This document shows, in pieces, positions 1 to 8,052 of a DNA stretch of 24,000 bases. The notes under the pieces were generated by a model, which was not told the DNA's origin, searched no databases, and worked only from the letters and a program-made list of their open reading frames with translations. A program made the translations under genes and the position numbers. This stretch comes from an uncultured Actinomycetota bacterium (GTDB taxonomy: Bacteria; Actinomycetota; Actinomycetes; Propionibacteriales; Actinopolymorphaceae). Numbering within the stretch: position 1 is the stretch's first letter; every line of letters starts with the position of its first letter. The stretch covers positions 614,003 to 638,002 of the forward strand of contig CAVRKO010000015.1 in the NCBI GenBank assembly GCA_963721745.1, written 5' to 3'.

Positions 1-958
1 CGTCGTCGAGCGTGCCGACCCAGCCACCGATCTCCCACAGCGGCTGCCGGGCGAGCGCCCACGGCAACGCCGCGCGTTCCTGCGGGGTCAGCGCGTCGTC
101 GAGGCCGCTGTCGTAGGCGTCGGTCAGGGCCCGCAGCGCGGCGATCCGTTCGTCGCGGTCGAGCCGCACCGGGTGCTGGAGGTCGGCGAAGTAGAGCGTC
201 AGGGCGAGGTCGTCGATGCGGGCCCGCTCACCCATGAAGTCGAAGTCGGCGACGTGGACGATCCGTTCGCCGCGCAGGAACACGTTGTTGTCCCAGAAGT
301 CACCATGGACGACCTGCCGGGGCAGGACCGCCGTGAGGTCCCGCTCAGCGGCGTCCACCTGGTCCGCGAGCTCCTCGGCCTGGTGAGCCAGCTGCACCTC
401 GGCGTCCGTCGGCCCCCAGGCCCGGATCCGGGCGGCCGCCCGCACGGTGGCGGCCCGCGCGTCCTCGGGCTGGATGTGGTTGGCAAAGCGCGACACCCGG
501 CCGGCGGACGGGACGTCGAGGTCGCGTACGGCCGAGTGGATCCGTCCCAGCAGCGGCAGCCCGCGCAGGAGCCGCTCCTGGGTGTTCATCCGCCCGTCGT
601 GCTCGACGAACCGTTCCACCTCCACGCAGCAGCCGGCAGCCGTCACCCACCCCGCCCCGTCGCGGGTCGGTACCACCTCGGAGCAGGGAACGCCCGCCGC
701 GGCGACCGCCCGGCGTACCTGCTGGATCGCGGCGAGCCGGTCGGGCGTGACGTACCGGCGGTACACCCGCACGACCAGCCTGCCGTCGACGCCGGCGGCG
801 CCCTCGGCGCCGTCCACCACCAGGTTGAGGTTGAGCCCACTGCCGAAGTCCCGAGCCCGGCCGGCATCGAGGCCGTAGCGGACGCCGAGGGCCTCGACCA
901 GCTCAGGTGTCAGCTCGGGCCTCGCGCCGCGTACACCACCCACGTCGTCGTTCGCCAT
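1..958 (-). CDS. Aminoglycoside/choline-kinase-like phosphotransferase (APH family); C-terminal end cut by window edge
   Basis: Not in the ORF track because it runs off the left edge. The reverse complement from ATG (cat at 956-958) reads MANDDVGGVRGARPELTPELVEALGVRYGLDAGRARDFGSGLNLNLVV... It continues ...QVVHGDFWDNNVFLRGERIVHVADFDFMGERARIDDLALTLYF. These are the HGDxxxxN catalytic loop and DFD metal-binding motif of the APH fold. Track ORF 173..1018(+) is its antisense shadow. Confidence 0.8.
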   Translation of the reverse strand, partial: MANDDVGGVRGARPELTPELVEALGVRYGLDAGRARDFGSGLNLNLVVDGAEGAAGVDGRLVVRVYRRYVTPDRLAAIQQVRRAVAAAGVPCSEVVPTRDGAGWVTAAGCCVEVERFVEHDGRMNTQERLLRGLPLLGRIHSAVRDLDVPSAGRVSRFANHIQPEDARAATVRAAARIRAWGPTDAEVQLAHQAEELADQVDAAERDLTAVLPRQVVHGDFWDNNVFLRGERIVHVADFDFMGERARIDDLALTLYFADLQHPVRLDRDERIAALRALTDAYDSGLDDALTPQERAALPWALARQPLWEIGGWVGTLDD

Positions 959-1007
959 AGTCCGAGCGACGCTAGGGGAACGGTCGCGAGCGAACAACCG
1001 GTTACCT

Positions 1008-1304
1008 TCACGCGCTGAGGACGGGCTCGAAGTGCTCGACGGTCGGGAACGGTTCGTAGAAGTGGTGGAGCAACTCCCGCCACCGCTGGTACTCCGGCGA
1101 ACCGCGGAATCCTTCCGTGTGGTCCTCGAGCGTGTCCCACTCCACCAGCAGCAGATACGTGCCGGGACGCTCCACGCAGCGCGAGAGGGTGAGGCTCCGA
1201 AAACCGGGCCTGCCCGCGATGATGGACCGCGCCGTGTCGAACGCTGCCTCGAAGTCGCTCTCCTGACCCGCCTTCACCGGCAGCACCGCCTGCTCGAGAA
1301 TCAT
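1008..1304 (-). CDS. Antibiotic biosynthesis monooxygenase (ABM) domain protein
   Basis: 98-aa ORF with an ATG start: MILEQAVLPVKAGQESDFEAAFDTARSIIAGRPGFRSLTLSRCVERPGTYLLLVEWDTLEDHTEGFRGSPEYQRWRELL. Size and pattern match the ferredoxin-like ABM domain. Confidence 0.85.
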   Translation of the reverse strand: MILEQAVLPVKAGQESDFEAAFDTARSIIAGRPGFRSLTLSRCVERPGTYLLLVEWDTLEDHTEGFRGSPEYQRWRELLHHFYEPFPTVEHFEPVLSA

Positions 1305-1400
1305 CCGCCCATGATGGCGCGGCGGTGGTGTGACCCGTACGCCGCCTCATGATCATCCGCCTCCGAGCCTCCCGCGCAAGGCCTCTGGCATGATCACCGG

Positions 1401-2403
1401 ATGGTCGAGCCTCTCTGGGTGCAGCGGTTCCGCGCCACGAGCATCAGCTTTCCCGTGGTGGCGCGCGACGCCCCGGACCACCTCGTCTACCAGTCCAACG
1501 CCAGCGGCACCGGCGAGCTGTACGCCTGGGACCGCAGTGTCGGCCGGCACGTCCGGCTGACCGATCGTCCCGAGGGCACCCGGGTCGGCACCCTCACACT
1601 GGACGGCGAGTGGATCTGGTGGTTCGACGACAACGCCGGCGGCGAGCAGGGGCGCTGGATGCGGCAACCGTTCGACGTCTCCGCGGACCCCTCGCCGGCG
1701 CGGGCCGTACCCGCGGTCCCCGACCTGCCGCCCGGCTATCCGGTGGGTCTCGCCCTCGGTCGCCGGCTCGCGGCAGTCGGAATGTCCGACCGCGACGGCG
1801 TGAGCGTCGTTCTCCAGCAGTACGGCCAGCCGACCACCTCCCAGGTCTACTCCTCGGCCCGGCACGCGTCCGTGCGGACACTGTCCTACGACGACACCCT
1901 CCTCGCGATCGGCCACTCCGAGCACGGCGATACGTTCCACCCGGCGGTCCGGGTGTTCCGCATCGAGCCGGACGGCACCGGGCTATCTCACCCTGCTGGC
2001 GCTCGGCACCCAGCCTGACCGGTGGGCGGCCGGGATCGCCGACGTCCCGATCGGGGACCTGGTCGCGTTGTACGAGGACGAGATGGAGCCCGTCCGCGAA
2101 CACGACCGGTCGCTGTTCGGCGGGACTCCTGACGAGCTACCGGAGAAGTGGGCGCGGTCGAACCCCCTCGCGTACGCCGAGCACGTCCGCGCACCGCTGC
2201 TCGTCATCGCCAGCAGCAACGACCCGCGCTGTCCCATCCGCCAGGTCGACAAGTACCTCGGAAGGCTCGACGAGCTGGGAACGCCCTACGAGCAGTACCG
2301 GTTCGACGCGGGTCATTTCAGCCTCGTCGCCGACGAGCGCGTACGCCAGATGCGGCTCCAGCTCGACTTCCTCGCCAAGCACGTCCCGGTCAGCGGGGCC
2401 TGA
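1401..2403 (+). pseudogene. Prolyl oligopeptidase (S9) family serine peptidase, disrupted by an internal deletion plus frameshift; nucleophile segment missing
   Basis: ORF 1401..2018 encodes an S9 N-terminal propeller-like start (WVQRFRATSISFPVVARDAPDHLVYQSNASGTGELYAWDR...GEWIWWFDD...MRQPF). A different frame from about 1978 reads PGYLTLLALGTQPDRWAAGIADVPIGDLVALYEDEMEPVREHDRSLFGGTPDE...NDPRCPIRQV...YRFDAGHFSL up to the stop at 2403. That is the S9 catalytic-domain tail, beginning just after the GxSxGG nucleophile elbow. About 300 aa of a normal S9 enzyme are absent. Confidence 0.7.
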
Positions 2404-2458
2404 GGCGCACCACCGATGCCTCCTTATCGGGTTGACGTGGGGCTCCGCACGGACGACC

Positions 2459-3271
2459 GTGCTCGTCGTGCTGAGCTCTGGCGAACTCGCGGTGTTCGAG
2501 CAGGACGGCTTCCTGCACCTGCCGGGTGCCGTCCCGAGACCCGTCATCGACGCGTGCGTCGACGTGATCTGGGAGCGGCTGGCCGGCCAGGGCGTGTCCC
2601 GCGACGACCCGTCCACCTGGTCGGCGCCGGTCGTCCGCATCAACTGTCCCGAAGGCGGCGAGGACGGACGCCCGTTCGCGGCCGCTGGCACGGCGAAGCC
2701 GCTGTGGGAGGCGTACGACCAGCTGATCGGTCCCGGGCTCTGGTGGAAACGCGCGGGCGTCGGTGGCACGATCCCGGTCCGCTTCCCGCATCCAGGCGAC
2801 CCTGGCGACGCGGGCTGGCACGTGGAGTCCAGCTACGAGGTCGACGACGGGTGGCGTACGAACATCCGGAGCCGGGGCCGTGGGCTGCTCGCGCTGTTCC
2901 TCCTCACCGACGTCGGGCTCGACGACGCGCCGACCCGGGTACGCATCGGCTCCCACCTGGACGCGGCGCGGGTCCTCGCCGCGGCCGGCGACGACGGCCT
3001 CGACGGTGCGACCCTGAGCCCGGCGGTCGACCAGGCGAGCGCCGGCCGGCGGGTGGTCCACGCCACGGGCTCCGGCGGCGACGTCTACCTCTGCCATCCG
3101 TTCCTGGTCCACGCGGCGTCCTGGCCGCACCGGGGCACGAGGCCGCGGATGATCGCCCAACCCGGAGTCGCTCTCCTGGAACCGTTGGCACTCATCGACC
3201 GGGCCGGTGCCCGACCGGTCGAGGCCGCCATCCTGGATGCTCTCCGCGAGCAGCCCGAACCCGCGTCGTGA
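2459..3271 (+). CDS. Phytanoyl-CoA dioxygenase (PhyH) family protein
   Basis: This is the C-terminal 270 aa of track ORF 1610..3271: VLVVLSSGELAVFEQDGFLHLPGAVPRPVIDACVDVIWERL...GWHVESSYEVDDGW...GDVYLCHPFLVHAASWPHRG. I chose GTG at 2459. GTG 2468 and TTG 2432 are in-frame alternatives. Confidence 0.75.
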   Translation: MLVVLSSGELAVFEQDGFLHLPGAVPRPVIDACVDVIWERLAGQGVSRDDPSTWSAPVVRINCPEGGEDGRPFAAAGTAKPLWEAYDQLIGPGLWWKRAGVGGTIPVRFPHPGDPGDAGWHVESSYEVDDGWRTNIRSRGRGLLALFLLTDVGLDDAPTRVRIGSHLDAARVLAAAGDDGLDGATLSPAVDQASAGRRVVHATGSGGDVYLCHPFLVHAASWPHRGTRPRMIAQPGVALLEPLALIDRAGARPVEAAILDALREQPEPAS

Positions 3272-3284
3272 GAGGGTCGCCGGC

Positions 3285-3971
3285 ATGGACGAGTCAGTGA
3301 CCCGCACCGAGGCCTCCGACGCGGTCTCGGACCTTGGCTGGCGGTACGTGCTGGGCACCCTGTGCACGTTCGTACCGGTGTCCTCGTCCACTCAGGCCGC
3401 CGAAGCCGCCCGCACCATCGTGCATGCGACTGGTGACGACGCCGACGGGCACCTGCGGCTCGACCTCCGCCGGGACACGGTGGTGGTGACCCTGCACTCG
3501 TCCGCGACCGCGTCGGTGACCTCGCGCGACGTCGACATCGCCGGACGGATCACGGCGGCCGTACGCGACGGCGGGCTCTCCACCACGGCTGGCATCGCAG
3601 CCGGCGGGCGGTCCGTGCAGCTGCTCGAGATCGCGATCGACGCGCTGGAGATCGCGGCCGTACGCCCGTTCTGGAAGGCGGTGCTCGGCTACGCGGACGA
3701 GTCGGGCCGCTCGGGACCGCAGGACGCGTTGGTCGATCCTCTGGGTCAGGGGCCGGCGATCTGGTTCCAGCAGCTGGACGCGCCGCGTCCGCAGCGCAAC
3801 CGGATCCATCTCGACGTGTCGGTCCCCCACGACGAGGCGTCCGGCCGGATCCAGGCCGCCCTCGACGCCGGCGGCGTGCTGGTCTCCGACTCCGACGCAC
3901 CCGCGTTCTGGGTCCTCGCCGACGCCGAGGGCAACGAGGCGTGCGTGACCACCTGGCAGGGCCGGGACTGA
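3285..3971 (+). CDS. Pterin-4a-carbinolamine dehydratase-like domain fused to glyoxalase-like (VOC) domain protein
   Basis: ATG 3285 is preceded by gagaggg. The N-terminal half (DLGWRYVLGTLCTFVPVSS...HLRLDLRRDTVVVTLHS...VTSRDVDIAGRI) resembles PCD. The C-terminal half (LEIAIDALEIAAVRPFWKAVLGYAD...AIWFQQLDAPRPQRNRIHLDVSVPHDEA...FWVLADAEGNEACV) resembles the glyoxalase-like/VOC domain. Confidence 0.7.
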   Translation: MDESVTRTEASDAVSDLGWRYVLGTLCTFVPVSSSTQAAEAARTIVHATGDDADGHLRLDLRRDTVVVTLHSSATASVTSRDVDIAGRITAAVRDGGLSTTAGIAAGGRSVQLLEIAIDALEIAAVRPFWKAVLGYADESGRSGPQDALVDPLGQGPAIWFQQLDAPRPQRNRIHLDVSVPHDEASGRIQAALDAGGVLVSDSDAPAFWVLADAEGNEACVTTWQGRD

Positions 3972-3978
3972 CCCGCGC

Positions 3979-4010
3979 GAGTGGACGAGTGGGCGAGTGG
4001 ACGGCTGGAC
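3979..4010. repeat. Four tandem octamers (gagtggac gagtgggc gagtggac ggctggac) in an intergenic region
   Basis: Read directly from the sequence, just after the stop at 3971. Confidence 0.8.
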
Positions 4011-4141
4011 GGCGCTCACCGGCGCGTCGACGCCGGGCGAGACAAGCTTGATCAGATCGTGACCGCCGTCACGGCCGGAGCGTGCAACGTTTTTGTCGTG
4101 CGCGACATCTTCTGGGTGTCGTCACTGAGGAGTGTCGTCGC

Positions 4142-5086
4142 ATGAGCCCTGGGGGACCTATGCGCCATCGTCCACTCGCCGCGGTGTTCACCGCCGCGAT
4201 CCTGTCGGTTGCCGCACTCGGCGGAGTTGCCTACAGCACTGGACTTCCGCCGTTCACGAGCAAGGCAACAGCCACGACCGACACCTCCGCGCGAGGACCC
4301 GGCGCGGCCGCCGGACCGTCGCAGCCGACCGCGTTTGCCACACCGGACGCGACGGATCCGACACCGCGTGCCACGACGCCGGCACCCACCCGTACGGCGA
4401 CACCGCGCCCCACGACCACCACGCCGGCGCCGAAGCCCAAGCCCCAGGCACTGATGGAGCTCGAGGACCGCAGCGACCAGGTCCGCGAGCTCGAGGCGCG
4501 GCTGCACCAGCTCGACTGGATCACCACCGAGTGGGTCGACGGCTACTTCGGCACGTCCACCCGTGAGGCCGTCTCGGGCTACCAGGGCAAGCACGGACTC
4601 GACAAGTTGGGGTATGTCGACGCCGCCACCTGGCGCAGCCTCCGCGAGGCCAGCCGGACACCGACCCACGACGACCTGTATCCGCCGAAGCCCAAGCCCA
4701 ACCAGGCTGGCGCCCTCGACCCGCGCTGCACCACCGGCCGGGCGATCTGCATCGACAAGTCGACGCGGACGCTCCGGTGGGTCGTCGACGGCAACGTCCG
4801 GTTGACAATGGACGTCCGGTTCGGGTGCCAGTCGTCGCCGACCCGCGACGGCGCGTTCCGGATCGACAGCAAGAACCGGCACGGATACTCGAGGATGTAC
4901 GACAGCCCGATGCCGTTCTCGATGTTCTTCAGTCGCGACGAGGCAGTCCATTTCTCCGAGGACTTCGCGGCCCGCGGCTACAACGGCTGCTCGCACGGCT
5001 GTGTGAACGTCCGCAACTGGGACGCGATCGCGCAGCTGTTCGGCGAGGCCCGGGTCGGCGACAAGGTGATCGTCTACTGGTCCTGA
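4142..5086 (+). CDS. L,D-transpeptidase (YkuD) with peptidoglycan-binding domain, secreted or membrane-anchored
   Basis: ATG 4142 follows gaggag. The protein has an N-terminal hydrophobic anchor (PLAAVFTAAILSVAALGGVAY) and a Pro/Thr-rich linker. A PG_binding_1-like segment follows (VRELEARLHQLDWI...DGYFGTSTREAVSGYQGKHGL). The YkuD catalytic region is FRIDSKNRHGYSRMYDSPMPFSMFFSRDEAVHFS...SHGCVNV. Confidence 0.9.
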   Translation: MSPGGPMRHRPLAAVFTAAILSVAALGGVAYSTGLPPFTSKATATTDTSARGPGAAAGPSQPTAFATPDATDPTPRATTPAPTRTATPRPTTTTPAPKPKPQALMELEDRSDQVRELEARLHQLDWITTEWVDGYFGTSTREAVSGYQGKHGLDKLGYVDAATWRSLREASRTPTHDDLYPPKPKPNQAGALDPRCTTGRAICIDKSTRTLRWVVDGNVRLTMDVRFGCQSSPTRDGAFRIDSKNRHGYSRMYDSPMPFSMFFSRDEAVHFSEDFAARGYNGCSHGCVNVRNWDAIAQLFGEARVGDKVIVYWS

Positions 5087-5096
5087 CGCGCCGGGG

Positions 5097-5132
5097 CAGG
5101 TGCGCCCACGCCACCCGACGTGGGCGCACCTG
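5097..5132. terminator. Perfect 14-bp-stem hairpin between convergent genes (bidirectional terminator candidate)
   Basis: caggtgcgcccacg (5097-5110), an 8-nt loop, then cgtgggcgcacctg (5119-5132). It lies between the stop at 5086 (+) and the stop at 5143 (-). There is no U-tract, which is common for actinobacterial terminators. Confidence 0.6.
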
Positions 5133-5142
5133 ACGGGCGAGT

Positions 5143-5826
5143 TCAGAACGGCCTGGGCTCGAACTCCGGTGCTGGGTCCCACGGCTCGGTGAGTGGGTCG
5201 CCGCGCCAGCCCCACCGGCGTTCGGGCGGGAAGCCCGGCACGTCGACGGTCACGACCGGCGGCAGACCCGGCACGTCGGCCCGGCCCGCCGACCACCGCA
5301 GGGCCGTCCACGGATCGATCTCGACCGTGCCGAGCTGCGGTGCGTAGTGCGGGAACATCCGGGCCAGCACCCGCTCGCACACGTCGGGCGGCGGCTCGAG
5401 CTCCAACCCCAGACCGGTGGCGATGTCGTAGCCGTGCATCGACGCCTCGATGCAGCCCATGCCGGCGTACCCCTCCGGGTCGGGTCGGCCGTGCGGATGG
5501 AAGGCCCGCGCATCCGGAGGAGTGGCGCGTACGACCAGGGCGAGGATCCGGCCGGCCCCCTCCAGGAACTCCAGGACGCCGGCCGGCGGCGCCACGTCCG
5601 GAGACTTGCTGACCCAGCGCACATAGCGCGTACGTGCGCGCACGGCGAGCTGGGCCGACCAGTGCAGCAGGGCCTGGCCGACGTGCTCGGTGGTGTCCCG
5701 GCAGGACCACTCCAGCGTGCCTGCCGGCACCGACCAGTCGAGGTCGACGCGCGGCCGGAGCCCCTCCACCACGCAGGTGACGACGGCGTCGAGGTCGTCG
5801 GCGGTCACGGGTTCACGGGCGTCCAA
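5143..5826 (-). CDS. DinB-like / mycothiol-dependent maleylpyruvate isomerase N-terminal domain (TIGR03083-type) protein
   Basis: The C-terminal roughly 227 aa of track ORF 5143..6003 read LDAREPVTADDLDAVVTCVVEGLRPRVDLDWSVPAGTLEWSCRDTTEHVGQALLHWSAQLAVRA... The start is taken as in-frame TTG 5826, with GTG 5808 as an alternative. It overlaps the upstream gene's end by 14 nt. Confidence 0.7.
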   Translation of the reverse strand: MDAREPVTADDLDAVVTCVVEGLRPRVDLDWSVPAGTLEWSCRDTTEHVGQALLHWSAQLAVRARTRYVRWVSKSPDVAPPAGVLEFLEGAGRILALVVRATPPDARAFHPHGRPDPEGYAGMGCIEASMHGYDIATGLGLELEPPPDVCERVLARMFPHYAPQLGTVEIDPWTALRWSAGRADVPGLPPVVTVDVPGFPPERRWGWRGDPLTEPWDPAPEFEPRPF

Positions 5827-6685
5827 GCCGACCTCCGACGAGTTCGTCCGTGGTGTGGTCCTCGCCGTGCCCGGGCGCCAGGACCGCGGGTGAACCTGGG
5901 TCGGACTGACTCGGGAAGTCGGCGATCGCCAGCTCGACCATCGCGTCACAACCGGGATCGCCGCACTCACAGTCGAACGGGCGGATGGCAGTACGCGCAT
6001 CAACGTTGCTCCACGGCCGGGCGAATGCGGTGAGGTGCTGCGTCACGATCGCCGCGTTGCCGAACCGCAGCATGGCGCGGCGTTCCTCGCGGGTCGTCGC
6101 GCACGGCCCCTTCGCGAGAATGTCCGCGAAGATCTCCTCGATCTGCGCAACGATCTCGTCCACGGTGGCGCGAGGATCCGGAACCAGTTTCCGCGCGCCG
6201 GTCTCCCTCACCTCCTGCTCGAGTCGCCGGCCGTTGCGCAATGCGAACTCGATGTCATCGGAGGTGTAAGGGCGCGCGGCGAGTCGGGCGCTTCGAATCT
6301 CTGCCGGTGGAATCAGCCACACGGCATGAGGTTCCGTGCCCATCACGCGCGGGGTCACGAGGGTGCCTTCGGCGACCGTCAGCGGCGACGGCGGCAACGC
6401 CCGCACGTCGTCGACGACCATCGGGCCGCGTTCACGGTGGAGAGCCATTGCGACCTTTTCGTCGTACGTCAGTGCCGAACGTGCCTCGGGATCTTGCCCC
6501 CGCCATTCCTCGAACCGCGTGGCTGCCGGATTTCCCGCAGCGAGAGCGCGGTCGCGGTGCTCCCAGGTGCGGGCGTCCGAGTTGTACCACCGCAGCCCGT
6601 TCCGCCGCGCGAGCCGCCGGGCAGTGGTCGTCTTGCCTGATCCGGAGGGTCCCCCGATCCACAACACGTGTGGAATTACAGCCAC
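5813..6685 (-). CDS. P-loop NTPase (kinase/AAA-like) protein
   Basis: GTG at 6685 is preceded by aaaggag plus a 5-nt spacer, so I prefer it to the track's TTG 6721. Walker A: VAVIPHVLWIGGPSGSGKTTTARRLARRNGL. The C-terminus has a Cys cluster, FDCECGDPGCDAMVE. Confidence 0.75.
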   Translation of the reverse strand: MAVIPHVLWIGGPSGSGKTTTARRLARRNGLRWYNSDARTWEHRDRALAAGNPAATRFEEWRGQDPEARSALTYDEKVAMALHRERGPMVVDDVRALPPSPLTVAEGTLVTPRVMGTEPHAVWLIPPAEIRSARLAARPYTSDDIEFALRNGRRLEQEVRETGARKLVPDPRATVDEIVAQIEEIFADILAKGPCATTREERRAMLRFGNAAIVTQHLTAFARPWSNVDARTAIRPFDCECGDPGCDAMVELAIADFPSQSDPGSPAVLAPGHGEDHTTDELVGGRLGRP

Positions 6686-6729
6686 CTGAACTCCTTTTCG
6701 AATTCGCCAGTCCGGTCGCAAGTGTTCGG

Positions 6730-6790
6730 CCTGGAAAAAGCAAACTCAAGTCTTGTTCTTGCTCGGCCGAGATGATTAATTAGCCAGGAG
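6730..6790. promoter_or_regulatory. AT-rich divergent promoter region with a 10-bp palindrome ctcggccgag (6762-6771)
   Basis: This is the only clearly AT-rich patch in the left half (ggaaaaagcaaactcaagtcttgttcttgctcggccgagatgattaattagcc). It lies between divergent genes starting at 6685(-) and 6980(+). ttgttc-17 nt-ttaatt is a possible -35/-10 pair for the + strand. Confidence 0.35.
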
Positions 6791-6979
6791 GGGGCTGATC
6801 GGCCCCGTTCTCCGCCTTATCTGGCGGCAAAATGCGCTTGGCCGAGCCTCTCCGCTCCCCTCGTCTGCGACCTGTGTCGCGTCTCTCGCACCCTCGCGCG
6901 GAGGCGGTCCCCCAGGTGGGGAGGCGGCTCCATCGCACGGGGGAGGCCTGCCTGGCCGGGCAGCCTGCACGCTGGCTCC

Positions 6980-8029
6980 ATGAACGTCCTGCGGGCCGGC
7001 GAGGTCGTACGGCCGGAGCCCGACGCGAGGCACGCCGCCGCGAAGCACGCCGACGCGATCAGGGTGACCGACCGGGCCGCAGCAGCCGCACTCGCGTGGA
7101 CGACCGCGTACGCGCTGGTGCGGGTGTTCTGGCAGCTCGGCCACCCGCCCGGACCGCTCTCGCCGATCGGCACCGACCTGGTCGTGTTCACGGGATGGTG
7201 GGCGATCGCGTTGTGCGCGGTGGCGGCCCTCACCGCGGTCGCGCTGATGTCCTTGCACCCAAGGGGCATGGCCCCAAGGGGCATGGCGCGGCTCACTCTG
7301 CTGACCCTCGCCTGGGTGGCGAGTGCCGCATTCGTCGCGGCGGGCGCGCTGCTCCTCGTCGACGTGGTGGCCGGGATTCTTCCTGGACTGGGCATTCCGA
7401 TCTTTCCCGCGGGTGTCGTGAGCAGGGCGGCTTGTGTCGGCGCGGGCGTGCTGCTGGGCCGTGCGGCCCTGACGTACGCGCGTCGGACCGGCGACGGCTG
7501 TCGGGCCTGCGGGCGTACGACGGCGGCATCAGGGGGCCGCCCACCGGCGTGGGCGTTCTGGGCCGCGTATGCGTCCGTCGCCGGCTGTCTGGTCCGGATC
7601 GGCGCGCAGGCGTGGGTGGGCCTCGACGCGTCGCCGGTCGGCGGCGGACCCACGGTCCTGGTGTTCGAGATCGGATTCGTGCTGGGCGGGACGCTGCCCC
7701 CGCTCGCGCTCGTCCATTCCTGGGGCCGACGGTGGCCGTTTTGGCTGCCCCTGGTGAGCGGTCGCCGGGTGCCCCGCTGGCTGCCGCTCGGACCTGGACT
7801 CGGGGTGGCAGGTGGCCTCGTCGCGTACTTCGGTGTGACGTTCCTGCAGATGGTCGCGGAGCGTCTGCAGGGCCGGAACCCGTTCCCGCCGGCAGGAGGG
7901 CTCGACCTTCCCGAGCCGTTCTTCTGGGTTGCGGTGCCCGCGTACCTCGTCTGGGGCCTGGGTCTGGGGGCCGCGGCCCTTGCCTACCTCGGTCGGTCGC
8001 GACCGAGGTGCGTCGCATGCGGGGGCTGA
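6980..8029 (+). CDS. Polytopic membrane protein of unknown function, internally duplicated, possibly DUF3995-like
   Basis: 349-aa ORF with about 8 hydrophobic segments. Each half ends in a C-x-A-C-G motif (GDGCRACGR mid-protein, RPRCVACGG at the C-terminus). I did not recognise a catalytic motif. Confidence 0.65.
   Translation: MNVLRAGEVVRPEPDARHAAAKHADAIRVTDRAAAAALAWTTAYALVRVFWQLGHPPGPLSPIGTDLVVFTGWWAIALCAVAALTAVALMSLHPRGMAPRGMARLTLLTLAWVASAAFVAAGALLLVDVVAGILPGLGIPIFPAGVVSRAACVGAGVLLGRAALTYARRTGDGCRACGRTTAASGGRPPAWAFWAAYASVAGCLVRIGAQAWVGLDASPVGGGPTVLVFEIGFVLGGTLPPLALVHSWGRRWPFWLPLVSGRRVPRWLPLGPGLGVAGGLVAYFGVTFLQMVAERLQGRNPFPPAGGLDLPEPFFWVAVPAYLVWGLGLGAAALAYLGRSRPRCVACGG
7259..7288. repeat. 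15-nt tandem duplication inside the membrane-protein CDS (ccaaggggcatggcc / ccaaggggcatggcg)
   Basis: Direct reading shows 14/15 identity. It encodes PRGMA-PRGMA in a loop. Confidence 0.9.
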
Positions 8030-8052
8030 CCGTCGGCCGAGGCCGTGGCTCC

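Noticed and set aside
1610-2458. N-terminal 280 aa of track ORF 1610..3271
   Set aside because: It is Arg-rich nonsense overlapping the S9 peptidase frames. Only the last 270 aa or so, from about 2459, look like a PhyH-family protein.
4052-5710. 552-aa minus-strand ORF spanning the L,D-transpeptidase and DinB regions
   Set aside because: The translation is Arg/Gly/Ala/Pro-rich and low in complexity, with no motifs. It is antisense to a convincing L,D-transpeptidase and off-frame to the DinB-like gene. This is a typical high-GC shadow ORF.
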